DNA of 64,000 nt from Octopus bimaculoides (lineage: Eukaryota), in NCBI RefSeq assembly GCF_001194135.2, contig NC_068990.1:2728835-2792834 (forward strand). The letters run 5' to 3'. Shown here one piece after another: positions 1-11,639 of this stretch (position 1 is its first letter; each line of letters starts with the position of its first letter). The position numbers and the translations under genes are program-made. The notes beneath the pieces were generated by a model. The model worked only from the letters and a program-made list of their open reading frames with translations. It ran no database searches and had not been told where the DNA came from.

Positions 1-182
1 GTTTATGACACAGGCGTCTCTCTGTTTTTTTCCCTTCTAAACTGAATTAAATTCGTTTTAAGCGTGATTACGTTGATCTCCAAATTTCAACAGCCTATAA
101 TTAGAAATTGTATGAGGCTTTCAAATACACTGAACACGTAAATGAATAATTTCATTCACTTCATACAAGAAAACAAATATAG

Positions 183-184
<2 letters not shown>

Positions 185-243
<59 letters not shown>

Positions 244-480
244 CACGCACACGCACGCACACACACACACAACCCCATACACATATATATCATATATATT
301 TCTATATTTCTATATATACATACATCCATACATATATATGTATGTATACGTATATATATATGTATATATACATTTATATATATATATATTTATATACATA
401 CATATGCATATATGTGTGTGTGTGTATAAACTCGTATATTCATACACACACATCACACATATATATATCTACACATATAT
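185..480. repeat. (CA)n / (TA)n compound microsatellite
   Basis: Runs of acacac then tatata/tgtg. The overlapping ORFs are poly-HT/poly-YI artefacts. Confidence 0.95.
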
Positions 481-1094
481 AGATATTATATGTATGTATA
501 TATCTACAAATATATATGCATGAGTGCAAGTATAGATGGTGCCAATGACATTTGGTCTGCGCATCCATCTTTATTTCAGTATTGATATTTATAGAGTATG
601 TGAAAGGGACTTGTAAAAAATTGTAATAAACATTTCCGTTAAATAATCGTTGCAGAAATATATTGAACAAATAGATTAAGTATTAAACAAAAGTAAGTGC
701 TTACACATGTTTACGCCAGCCTTTTTTTTTCGATCACTAAATCACTGGATTGCCAACGTACAAAGACACCAGTTTAAACAGTCAATTTTAGATAATTCAT
801 GACAAACACACTAACGGTTCTATTTGGCAATTATTTTCACCGATCCTTGCACTGACAAACGTGTCTAATTCAAGGGTCACAGTATAACCAGCTGCCACAT
901 TACAAACTTATAAAGATTGACACACAAATTCACATTCTTATGCTGAGGTATATACTATATAAAGGTAATCATTATTAAATTGGTGCCATTATATATTTTT
1001 TTAATTTCGCACATGCACATTGTTTGTTTTTTATTTCGTTGACTAGAGAGTATAGTAGCGTCAGTTGGGCACCATCTATGAGAAAATCAGCACT

Positions 1095-2272
1095 ATGACA
1101 ACATTCGCTCTGCCAGCAGAAATTTGGAAACGACATACTGTACTGATTGACATTCGCGCCGGAAGCTCCAATACGAACATTTTAGAGTGTGTGGGTGTCA
1201 ATATGAGGACTGCAGAGCATTCGGAAAGAGTTCGATGAGTCTAATAGCGATTACGAAGGCACGGCAGCGCAGAAAACGTACTGTGATCGTTCTAATAACA
1301 AAAGATCTCCTGAATTTATTGCTGAGCTCCAGGCCATGATTGACAATGACCCCACGAAGTCAATCAGGATCATTACCAGCGATATGGACGTGTCTAAGTT
1401 TCTTATCGGGCAGGTTGTGCATGAAGACATTCAGTACTTCTCATACAAGATGAGATAGAGCAAATTTTTAACCTCAGCTATCTCGGACAAGAGGTAAGAC
1501 CATGCTACGAAGCTTTTAAACAAACTCAAGCATCCCTTCCAACCGAAATGCCTTTGTTTTTCTCAGACGAGAAGCATTTCTGCCAGGATCCGATGGTGAA
1601 CACACACAGAACAACCGTTGGATTGCTGTGTCTCCAAAACGTACTGAGAGTGATAAAAATGAAACATCCAGTCAACATTATGGTGTTTGGATTCATCACT
1701 AGTGATGCCGACGTTATGCCTCCATTCATCTTCCCACATGGCCTCAGACTCAACACAGTGGCCTATGTCAAATCCCTGGAGGTGGTAGTGCTGATCTGGG
1801 TCAAGAGTGTGGCTGCTGGAAAACCCTATGACTAGCAACAGGACTCCGCACACACGGCTTACAGACAAAATCTCCGACCACATCGCCCATAATAAGATCT
1901 GGCCACCTAATACCCAAGCCTGCAACCCCCTTGATTATTATGTGTGGGGCGTAGGTGAGCGAGATACCAACAAAACTCCTTGTAACATGAAAGATGAACT
2001 GAAGGCAATTATTATGGCCGCATTCACAAACTTAAAGGAGGATACCTTTCAGAGGGGTTGTAGGAGATTCAGAAGCCGTCTTGAGGCCTGGGTTGACGTC
2101 AATGGCAATTTTATATAATAAATAGTATTTTATATACTAGTATTTTATATAATAAATTGTCTTATCTAATAAATAGTATTTCAAAATATTTTCATGTAAT
2201 TTTGGTAAATATATCTGTTAAATAAAATGTCACTGTTATATTCATTTTTGCGTATTGGTTCACAGCACACTG
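1095..2272 (+). mobile_element. Decayed Tc1/mariner DNA transposon, maT-like (DD37D) transposase pseudogene
   Basis: Frameshifted translation from ATG 1095: HTH-like DPTKSIRIITSDMDVSKFLIGQVVHEDIQYFSYK, then FFSDEK (D1), IMVFGFITSDADVMPPFIF, *QQDSA (D2), WPPNTQACNPLDYYVWG (D3), and C-terminal CRRFRSRLEAWVDVNGNFI*. It has stops, frameshifts and a deletion after D2. A putative right end ...cacagcacactg|TA lies at 2272; no left TIR was found. Confidence 0.9.
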
Positions 2273-2544
2273 TATGTCCGTGTGTCACTATATGTATGCA
2301 TACATCGATATATTTCTATGATATACTGTTGCATAGTTGCTGAACAAAATCTTTTATGTGACATCCTAGCCAGAAGGAAAACATTATGAGAGACACCCAC
2401 TAAAGGTTCCGTAGTCAAAACCACTTAATTTCCAAATCTAACTCTTAAAGATACCAAAAATATAAAATCATGTAAGAAAAGTAGATACATGGAAACACAC
2501 ACGCTTGTACGCACACGCGCACACGCGCATACATACATACCCAC

Positions 2545-2547
<3 letters not shown>

Positions 2548-2585
<38 letters not shown>

Positions 2586-2652
2586 GCTGTAGATAGACAG
2601 AGAAACAGACAGACAAACATATATATATGTATATATATATATATATATATAT
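2548..2652. repeat. (AG)n and (TA)n microsatellites
   Basis: Direct inspection. Confidence 0.95.
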
Positions 2653-2841
2653 GAGAGATGATGAATTATGTACATTATTTACATTATTTACATTTGACGG
2701 ATATGTGTCCTCAACTTGTTTGTTGTTAACAAGGTTTCGGCTGATATTTCCCCATGACACCTGGTGAAGGCTGGAGGGCATATCAGCCGAAACGTTGTGT
2801 TAACAGCAAAAAGATGAGGACAAATATCCATCGAATGTAAA
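2653..2841. mobile_element. Fold-back (inverted) dimer of the hammerhead-bearing element end
   Basis: 2653-2747 is the reverse complement of about 2783-2841 plus the element terminus. The plus arm holds ACAC CTGGTGA A GGCTG-gagggcatat-CAGCC GAA ACGT T GTGT (2757-2800). Same family as 10344-10510 and 29935-30050. Confidence 0.8.
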
Positions 2842-3005
2842 TATGACGGATATCAAATGTATGTATATATATATAGGTAGAATTCACAAAAAAAAAAGAC
2901 AAGAGGAAGACAGGTGGTGCAGAAAACAAACAGATATACTAGTGTAACGATCGAGAATTGAAAAAGTCTTTAATGTTTCGAGCTTATGCTCTTTCACAGA
3001 ATGGA

Positions 3006-3006
<1 letters not shown>

Positions 3007-3083
<77 letters not shown>

Positions 3084-3090
3084 AGAGAGA
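3007..3090. repeat. (TAGA)n/(GA)n microsatellite
   Basis: Direct inspection. Confidence 0.95.
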
Positions 3091-6000
3091 GGGGATTTCG
3101 ATGGAGAGATCCGATTTTTCCACGTCCATTTTGTCACACTCAGGTAAACAAGGCGTTATCTGTCATTTGAAAACATCTATGTTGGTTTCCATGTCTTTTG
3201 TATCCAATTTCATATCAGCTACCCTGGCACAATTAAGACGTGCGGCTAAGATTGTGCTTCGGTCGCCACAACCACCAGATATCATACTTTACACTAAGGG
3301 TCCAGGCGCCTGAACAAATCTGCTTCTCTCGTTCTTGTAGAAGTATGACGGAACTCACTTCGCTACTTCTTATATCCAATATTATCAACTTACTTTCTAA
3401 GTCAAAGTAGACGTTCCGTAATTGTGAAATCAAGATATTTCCGAAATAACACCATTGATCCGTCGCATAATACCTATCGTCTTGGAAATAAGTAGATCTC
3501 ATAATCATTGAAAATGAACAGATATTTCTGTGGATAGGAAACTGGTAACCAACATATTTATTTATGACTAGTGACCTGAAGTTGTTGTGACTCGAAGCTG
3601 CGTGGCATTTATGCGATCTATTCTTAGTAAAGCCGCGTTCGACAGATGGAGGAATGGGAGGAAATATATCACCGCCCTTATTGCAATGAACCAACGGGTA
3701 TTTCGTTTTACTGACTGGTTGTAGAAATTATCTATCAGCAGGTTGTGATGCTGCCAAGTTCAAACAAATATGTAGTAGGTAGGCTGAGGCATTTGGGGAA
3801 TTCAACAAGCATTTACATCAATTTAAATATATTAGGAATATATTTGACTTGTGTGGAGCTCTGCCCACACGCAATCAGTAGATAGTTTCTTCTGATTTTC
3901 GATCCCTTCCAAAGTCATTTCAAGGTTGACAGGGCCCCTTAAAATGGCTGTCAGATGTTTACCACACGTTGCTGAATGTAATTGTTTGCATTCTAAAGGC
4001 AATGAAAATATTTTTTTGCAGGTCTGAAGTATTCCATACACATCTGAATTGGCCTACTAGATCTTTGTAATTCATACACTGCTTCGTGTGCAAACTGTAT
4101 AAGTCTAGCGGTGTTGCTCACTATTATCAGATGGTTTCAACTTATTTTCTACAACAATGCTCTGATGTTAAGATATTTCTAGTATCACAAACGCCAGCAC
4201 AGAAATGACATCTATGCTTTCTCTCTGCAGGTAGTGGAAGGAATAACTACGGTAAACCAGTAAACCAGTAGGTACATCTTAGATACCATGACTAAATGGA
4301 AGACTGTTGTAAAGATCTAAACATTCTAATACCATAAAGAGGATCTGAAATGCTAGATTGATTGATTAAATGAATCTCCAAAGAGAATTTCGTGTTTGGC
4401 AGAGAAAGAACTTATAACAAATATTAATGAAATGGGAAAATGGATGCTGACGTGAATGACATATCATAAAGAACCAGAATTTACAGTGGCATCTTATACA
4501 GGAATGACTAAATTTGAATGGATAAGTATCGTACAGAAAAAGGTAGAAATGTAAAGAATGTTAATGCAGAATAATAATAGAGAACACTAGGAGAAGTAGA
4601 TGATGCAATGATCAACTTGGGATAAAAGATCAATGTTTTGTGATGTAAAAAGAATGAATGTTATATGGAAATAAGTATAGAGCAATCAAAAATCGTGGCT
4701 ACAGACTAGTTCAGAGGAGCAAAATTGAATCGCCAGTATTATAATAAACATACTATGGATTGAAATATTTAACAACTTAGAAGAAATATAAAAAAGAACC
4801 CACTTAGATTTATGGGAAGAATTATTCCATGAAAATCATGCAAAAATAAATAATTCATACAAGATTCAAGAGGAAATTAATAGAATGAAAGGGAAAATAC
4901 GATCAGTCTTGTGATGGCTACGCCAAAAAGATATTACATAGCAACCGTTTAACATTTGCTGTCTGGATGCTGGAAATAAATATATTGAAATACACTACTA
5001 TTCACTGAGTGAATAATTTTATTATTTTTGCTTTTTAACATAATTCTTCAATAATAGCATCATTGCTTACATGGCTTCGATGTACCAAACGCTGATTCAC
5101 CAAAGTTTTGATAACAAGAAATAAAGAGGGATTTTGACTGTGTAACTCAGCAGAACAAATGTATAACACATAGCATTTCTGTTAGAAAGCATTGGTTTTT
5201 TTTAGGCTTCAGCTTTTAAACACGTTTGTCACAAAACAATAGGCGCACATGCACATACAAATACACACACTTAGAATGTGTAAGGTGAAAGACTTTCAGT
5301 TGCTTTCGACAATGAGCATTCCGTTTCTAAATAAGTGAATTACTCCACATCTTCTCCAGTTACTTAACATGTATTAGAAGAATTACGTGAAAATCTTCAT
5401 TTGGTTTTCGTGACAAAATACGATTCAGTCAAAATCAGTAATAATTGTCAATTTAATTTCCAAAGTAAATTACCACAATATTATGTCACAGCTCACTTTC
5501 GGACACACAGATTTTGTAGTTCTTTATAACGGAAAAAGAAAGTACAACTCACCACTAAAATTATACATACATGGATTTATATATGTGCATATATATATAT
5601 ATATATATATATNNNNNNNNNNNNNNNNNNNNNNNNNNNNNNNNNNNNNNNNNNNNNNNNNNNNNNNNNNNNNNNNNNNNNNNNNNNNNNNNNNNNNNNN
5701 NNNNNNNNNNNNNNNNNNNNNNNNNNNNNNNNNNNNNNNNNNNNNNNNNNNNNNNNNNNNNNNNNNNNNNNNNNNNNNNNNNNNNNNNNNNNNNNNNNNN
5801 NNNNNNNNNNNNNNNNNNNNNNNNNNNNNNNNNNNNNNNNNNNNNNNNNNNNNNNNNNNNNNNNNNNNNNNNNNNNNNNNNNNNNNNNNNNNNNNNNNNN
5901 NNNNNNNNNNNNNNNNNNNNNNNNNNNNNNNNNNNNNNNNNNNNNNNNNNNNNNNNNNNNNNNNNNNNNNNNNNNNNNNNNNNNNNNNNNNNNNNNNNNN

Positions 6001-6118
6001 NNNNNNNNNNNNNNNNNNNNNNNNNNNNNNNNNNNNNNNNNNNNNNNNNNNNNNNNNNNNNNNNNNNNNNNNNNNNNNNNNNNNNNNNNNNNNNNNNNNN
6101 NNNNNNNNNNNNNNNNNN

Positions 6119-6137
6119 TATATATGTATATATATAT

Positions 6138-6210
<73 letters not shown>

Positions 6211-6212
6211 CA
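6119..6212. repeat. (TA)n/(TAGA)n microsatellite beside an assembly gap
   Basis: Direct inspection. Confidence 0.95.
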
Positions 6213-6384
6213 GATACGCACACATATACATATGTAGTTGTAACTATGTGTGTACAAATATATATATAACTACACTTACGTCCATTGTATTAAGTTATTT
6301 ATTTGTACTGAAATGCTCGGGGACAGTTACAGGATGTACGGAATACTCAAAGATCGACATCTCTACGCCACATCGACTCTCTCT

Positions 6385-6934
6385 TCAAGCCATATGCTCT
6401 ATCTTGAATATATCCAGTTTTTGAAATGACACGTTATCATTGCCTTCTACGCCATCTTCTTCATCTTCATACGCTTCTTCTTCCTCGTTTTGGTCTTCAA
6501 CAAACTCATCGTTTTCATCACCGGCATCGACCAGAGCGTCGTCGCTGATGGACGTAGATTTCCTGGTGGGATGGAGACGGCGTCGTCGCCTCTGCCGTAC
6601 CCCGATTGTGTTGCTATCATCGTCGTTGACAGCAGCTAAAACAGCAACAGTATCCTCCTTCTTCATCGTCGTCATCGGCATCGTCTTCATCATCTATATG
6701 ATCTCTTTCCACACCGATAGTGGCAGCAGAAACCGGCAGTAACCTCTGTTGCCTGCGACTGCTGCTGTTGCTGTTGCTATTGCTGTTGTTGTCGTTAGTA
6801 GCAAAGTTCCTGCTACTGACATCATTCAGTACCACTTTCTTCTTCTTCCGCTTCTTGCTGCCGCTAGTCTTGGAGTTAGGTCTGTTACTTAGACTACCAC
6901 CGCGGAGTACAAATAATTTGATAAATTTACACAC
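6385..6934 (-). CDS. Candidate low-complexity acidic/basic coding segment split by a 1-nt frameshift (unknown protein, possible exon or pseudo-exon)
   Basis: GC/CpG-rich island in AT-rich DNA. ORF 6617-6934 (KKRKKKK, poly-N/S, DDEDDADDDDEE) overlaps ORF 6385-6693 (RQRRRRR, DENDEFVEDQNEEEEAYEDEED). Removing one G in GAAGAAGGAGGAT (about 6652-6664) joins them into 182 aa. No family recognised. Confidence 0.35.
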
Positions 6935-7709
6935 GCATACTACTTTATTTTCACCTATGACATTCTAATTCTAGTGAGACTTGGATGAATTCATATTGTT
7001 CAGCCTTATAAGAGGATGAGTTGTGCAGGAAGCCTCGGCCATAAATGACAGCCACACATCTTGTCCTCCCGGATTTCTAGCGCAATACTAGACATGGTTC
7101 TAAGATCGGAGCTGAGTGGCAATAGCATAAACCTCGTTTGACCAAGTATTCCCTGTAGAACCGAATGAATAGTTTTTCAAATTTGATTAAATATCCCTTG
7201 GGCATGATACAGCAATGCTATGTTATTATATGGTATCAGATAGAAATATGTGTTGCCACAAGTCAAACACAAAGACTTCCTTCTACATTGGTTTGAAAAT
7301 TACCATATCTAATTGGTTACTGATATCAGTTACCTTCAGAGAGCACAAAAGTTTATAATTTCTTCTTAACTTCCATAAACCAGCATCATCATCACTACCA
7401 TACTCGTAACGACTTATTATTCCACATCATTAAATTCACACACCAGCATTCTACATATTTTGGAGCCAAGGGGGATAGTCTAACATAAGCGGTCGCCGTA
7501 TATGGTGTCAAATATCGTAGCCACTTATTAAATACCTTACAACATATATGTTTGTTTGTCCAAAGGAACCAATTAAGCTTGTTTCACTTTCAGAGACAGT
7601 GTGACCATTCACAGTGAGAAAACTATTTCTAATGTGCACTAAGCTGATTTCCGATTTCCCTTCGTTATACACATCCTGTGTCTTCCTCTGACTACTTGAG
7701 ACTGCTTGT

Positions 7710-7748
<39 letters not shown>

Positions 7749-8404
7749 TGTGAGTGTGTGTNNNNNNNNNNCTATGCACCAGCAAAAGCATCACCTTCCG
7801 TGCAGTTAATTTTGCTAGGCAAGATATGGCGTACTTTGTACTGACATGCATAAGTATGTACGCATATGTATGTGTATATGTACAAATACATACACACTTT
7901 ATATATTTATGCATATTAGTGTGTATGTATGTATATATTTATGTGTATGTTAAGAAAAATATGAGTTAGAGTGTATGCCACCGTCTAAGGGATAAATGTA
8001 TCTGTAGGCACTACTGGTGAATTACTTCACTATGTATAGTCCTAACTGTAAGGTATACAGTAGTTGATAATTTAAATGTAAAACCGTGGTTTAATATATA
8101 CAGAAAAGAAAAGCAGCAATAATAAACAATGAAAAGCTGACCATTGGTATTAGAAAGTCATAGTTTAATTGTAGTTCAGAAACATTTACAGCTGTTTCTG
8201 TTTATCAAATCGGAGTAAATTTGCATTTATCTCGTTCCATTTAACAAACATCGTCAGAATGATTTAGAGTAATACAAATAGGAGAGAAGGGGAAAGGAAA
8301 GGAAAAGGAAAATGCAAGAGAAAAAGGTAAAAGTTCGTTAAGTCTTTAGGCTTACAATTTAGTGACATTTTAGGACCCAAACATATATATATAAGTATAT
8401 ATAT

Positions 8405-8890
8405 ATAACCGTTCATCATGTATTATAGTGCCTTGAAAACCTTTTGGCAAATGGAACAAGTTTCAAGACTGAGTTTGCTTGAGTGCTTGTGGATCTTTTC
8501 CTATGGTACTTTGTTGAGTGGACGGCAAGGCCTGCTTTGCTTCGTGCCTCAAAACCGCAATGAAAGGGAAGGTTTCCATTTAGAGGAGCAGAGCTTCGCC
8601 TGTGTGGCTTCATGCGTGTGCGAATTTCGTCCCGATGCTGGAGTCAACTTAAATCTTTGAACTGAGGAGAAGAAGGACTGATGCGAGTTCCTGAATTCTG
8701 ATGCTCTCTTTCCCCAGGAAGAAAAGGAATGCTGCCTGCAATCTGACCTTCCTTTTGGGAATTGGACAAACAGAAGTTGCTTCGGAATTCTGGTATCATT
8801 CATACGTGAGAGATGACCTGACCATCTAAATGTTGTTATAAGATACGAAACACGTTTTGATTTACTGAGGTAGGTAGTCTGGTAACGGAA
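8405..8890 (-). mobile_element. RTE-clade LINE 3' fragment (end of RT plus C-terminal Cys/His motifs)
   Basis: FRWSGHLSRMNDTRIPKQLLF matches the RTE motif LRWxGHVxRMxDxRIPKQLL. It is followed by CGFEARSKAGLAVH and CSICQKVF zinc-finger-like remnants in shifted frames. Confidence 0.8.
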
Positions 8891-9714
8891 ATAATGTTTT
8901 TTCTTCACATAAATACGATACAACCATTATTTTAAAAATTTAAGTCTTATATAAAATATTTGCTGTATTTAAATCTGAAATATTTCGAACTGTCCATAGA
9001 AACACTCAAAACTCTTCTCTCGTTGCATTGTTGTTGATACATTTAGTGTCATTATTAAGGCAAAAGACGCTCTTATCAATTTGCTCTTGATGATGTTTTT
9101 GATAATAAGCACCAGGAGGAGGGAGAGGTAGAGAATGACGTTTCAATGTGGTCATCGTTGTCTTTCGTATAGTTAGTATGATAATAATCAATTCAAAGGC
9201 TTTAGACATAGGAGCCCCCAATTATGGCCAAGAAGAAAATCTACCCCACATAACCAGCCTGACTCCCGAAGGCAAACATACTCACTTAACTGTACACCAG
9301 TTTTTTTTTGCTTTTCTTTTCTTTATTTCTTTTCTTTCTTAGTTGACATTGGCCACTATCATCTACTTCTGGACAAATTCATTGCAGGAATATCAAAATG
9401 ACTCTCCACTATCCTACATGTATTATGCTTGAAAATAAGTTGGCATAGAGAAGCGTGGAGTGGATTCGAAAATAGAAATGTGCCATCAGTGATGACCTTG
9501 CGTTAGACAACACCACACAACTGACTACAGCAATAGCAAATGTTCGTTATGAATATATTTCAATTTGAAAACGTATATAAGACAGAGTTAACATGAATAT
9601 TTTTCTTAAAATTTATTTTTAACTTTGTTTCTTAAGAATCAAAGATTTTGTTATCTCTTAATATTGATTTCTAATGATGCCTTTTAATTTTTGCACAAGT
9701 CGAACAGTTACGGA

Positions 9715-9875
9715 GCAGGGTTTAAGTTGATTACATCAACCCTAGTGTTCAACTGGTACTTCTTTTATCGATTTCAAAAAGATGAAAAGCAAAGCTGACC
9801 TCAGCAGCCTTTGAACTGAAAACGTGAAAACAGACGATATGCCGCTAAGCATTTTGCCCGGCGGGCGTTCAGATG
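9715..9875 (-). mobile_element. tRNA-derived SINE, family B (degenerate)
   Basis: Reverse complement aligns with the copy at 25778-25968 (gattacatcaaccc...ctggtact...gatgaaaagcaaagctgacctc...tttgaactgaaaacg). Confidence 0.75.
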
Positions 9876-10343
9876 GTTCTGTCTTATCTTGGTTTCTAAT
9901 TTTGGCAAAACCACATATTTTCGAGAAAGGGTATATTACGTTATCAGTCCTTGATAACTAACTGAAAGGTGAAATCGACGGAATTAGAATACAACTCATG
10001 TAGAAAAATATTTAAAAGCACCAACACATTTTGTTTGAAAGATTAACGATTCTCTCAATCTACTCTTTGTGATATCTCTTCGTATTAATAGAATCTTATA
10101 CAAATATGTGTTCCCGATTACTTCTATTGTTGGCAGAGATCTCCGCCAAGTTATAATTATTTACTCTCTTAGCGCAATCTGCAAACATATTCGTGAATCA
10201 AAATTAAGAATCCATTTCCATTTAAATCCCTCTATGAGTTCCCTTCATCTTCTCAAGTACATTCCCTGCAGCTTTTCTATTCTTATTTTAAGATCGATAG
10301 AAAGCTACAGAAATATTTTCAGTGCATAAAGTTCTATATTTAA

Positions 10344-10514
10344 GAGATGAGGAATTATGTACATTATTTACATTATTTACAATTGACGGATATTTGCCCT
10401 CATCTTGTTTGTTGCTAACACAACGTTTCGGCTGATATACCCTCCAGCCTTCATCAGGTGTATTGGGGAAATTTCGAACCTGGGTTCTCATTCCTAAGGT
10501 ATTTTTCGATGTTG

Positions 10515-10583
<69 letters not shown>
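10344..10583 (-). mobile_element. Hammerhead-bearing non-autonomous retroelement: (TAA)n, ~50-nt linker, HHR, 3' stem-loop
   Basis: Near-identical to 29935-30060 and the arms of 2653-2841, sharing the terminus gagatga. The 5' part is lost in the N gap at 10584-10770. Confidence 0.8.
10418..10461 (-). ncRNA. Minimal type I hammerhead ribozyme (intact core)
   Basis: Minus strand reads ACAC-CUGAUGA-A-GGCUG(gagggtatat)CAGCC-GAA-ACGU-U-GUGU. Stem I is ACAC/GUGU, both core boxes CUGAUGA and GAAA are present, stem II has 5 bp, and palindromic ACGU stands in for stem III. This architecture is known from Penelope-associated minimal HHRs. Confidence 0.75.
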
Positions 10584-11639
10584 NNNNNNNNNNNNNNNNN
10601 NNNNNNNNNNNNNNNNNNNNNNNNNNNNNNNNNNNNNNNNNNNNNNNNNNNNNNNNNNNNNNNNNNNNNNNNNNNNNNNNNNNNNNNNNNNNNNNNNNNN
10701 NNNNNNNNNNNNNNNNNNNNNNNNNNNNNNNNNNNNNNNNNNNNNNNNNNNNNNNNNNNNNNNNNNNNNAAGTTCACAGCTGGAAAGCTTTTGATCATGA
10801 TGGTGTTGTATTATGCCCCGGCGAAAATCGAAGCTATACAATAGCATCGGTTGTATCAAACATTCGTCAATGAAACTGATGGAAGGATGATGTTTTAAAT
10901 CTTTTTAACATTTTTTATGTCAACTTTGTTGGGGCCCCATAATATACCATCCGTTGCACTTCCGTTGGTTATTTGTTAACGACTCTTTATCATCACCGAA
11001 ATCCCTCATTTTTACCTCAATTTCCATTTATAGACGTTTTGAAATACTTTTTTGCCTCTTCGCGTTGAGTTTTATTCATTCACTTGTGAGCACAATAGTA
11101 AGTTGGGAAATCAATGGTCCAGCATTCGGTTGACCTATGCATCCAATCAAGTGACAGCTTGAATTAAAGTTATATTGTCCTTCTCGATTACACTAGAAAT
11201 TCTCGTGTGTTCTTCCAATGGATTTACATATATATTCAATTAACATAATAGGGTTTGTGGCCGAATGGACGATGATACTTCTGTCATATATATAATTACT
11301 TATATCAACATGTATCCCTGCATTTGAAAGGACATACATCTAACACGAACCGATGAATGCTGGATGTTCTAGTAACTAGTGCGATATACCACTGCAAATC
11401 ACCTCACTCCAAAATAATCTAAGTAGCAGCAATGATGTCATATACATTGAAAATGAAAACTCTCCCAGATCGATTTAAGGCAGAGCAACTTCCGCAGAAA
11501 ATAAACAATACTGTGTTACTCATCAGCAGAATGTTTCGACACCAATGAAAGTCCATGGTGCCCATTATAGGCCAGTGTATAGGCACCTTCTCCGAACTTG
11601 GTATACGAGGCAATTCAAATTCTAAGACACTGTTAAGAC

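Noticed and set aside
860-1094. Left TIR of the maT-like element
   Set aside because: No match to the reverse complement of the right end (cagtgtgctgtgaacc) was found.
4250-4920. Purine-rich plus-strand block resembling a decayed ORF
   Set aside because: Many stops and no recognisable motif.
5483-6257. Long ORFs of 190-365 aa here and at 10454-10873, 13126-13621, 14899-15471, 20628-21790, 29100-29510, 33679-34198, 47883-48557 and 54289-54833
   Set aside because: They are artefacts of N gaps (X runs) and TA/CA/TATC microsatellites.
6440-6968. Plus-strand ORFs (poly-Ser, poly-Leu, apparent TM/signal segments)
   Set aside because: They are antisense shadows of the minus-strand GAN/AAG-rich frames.
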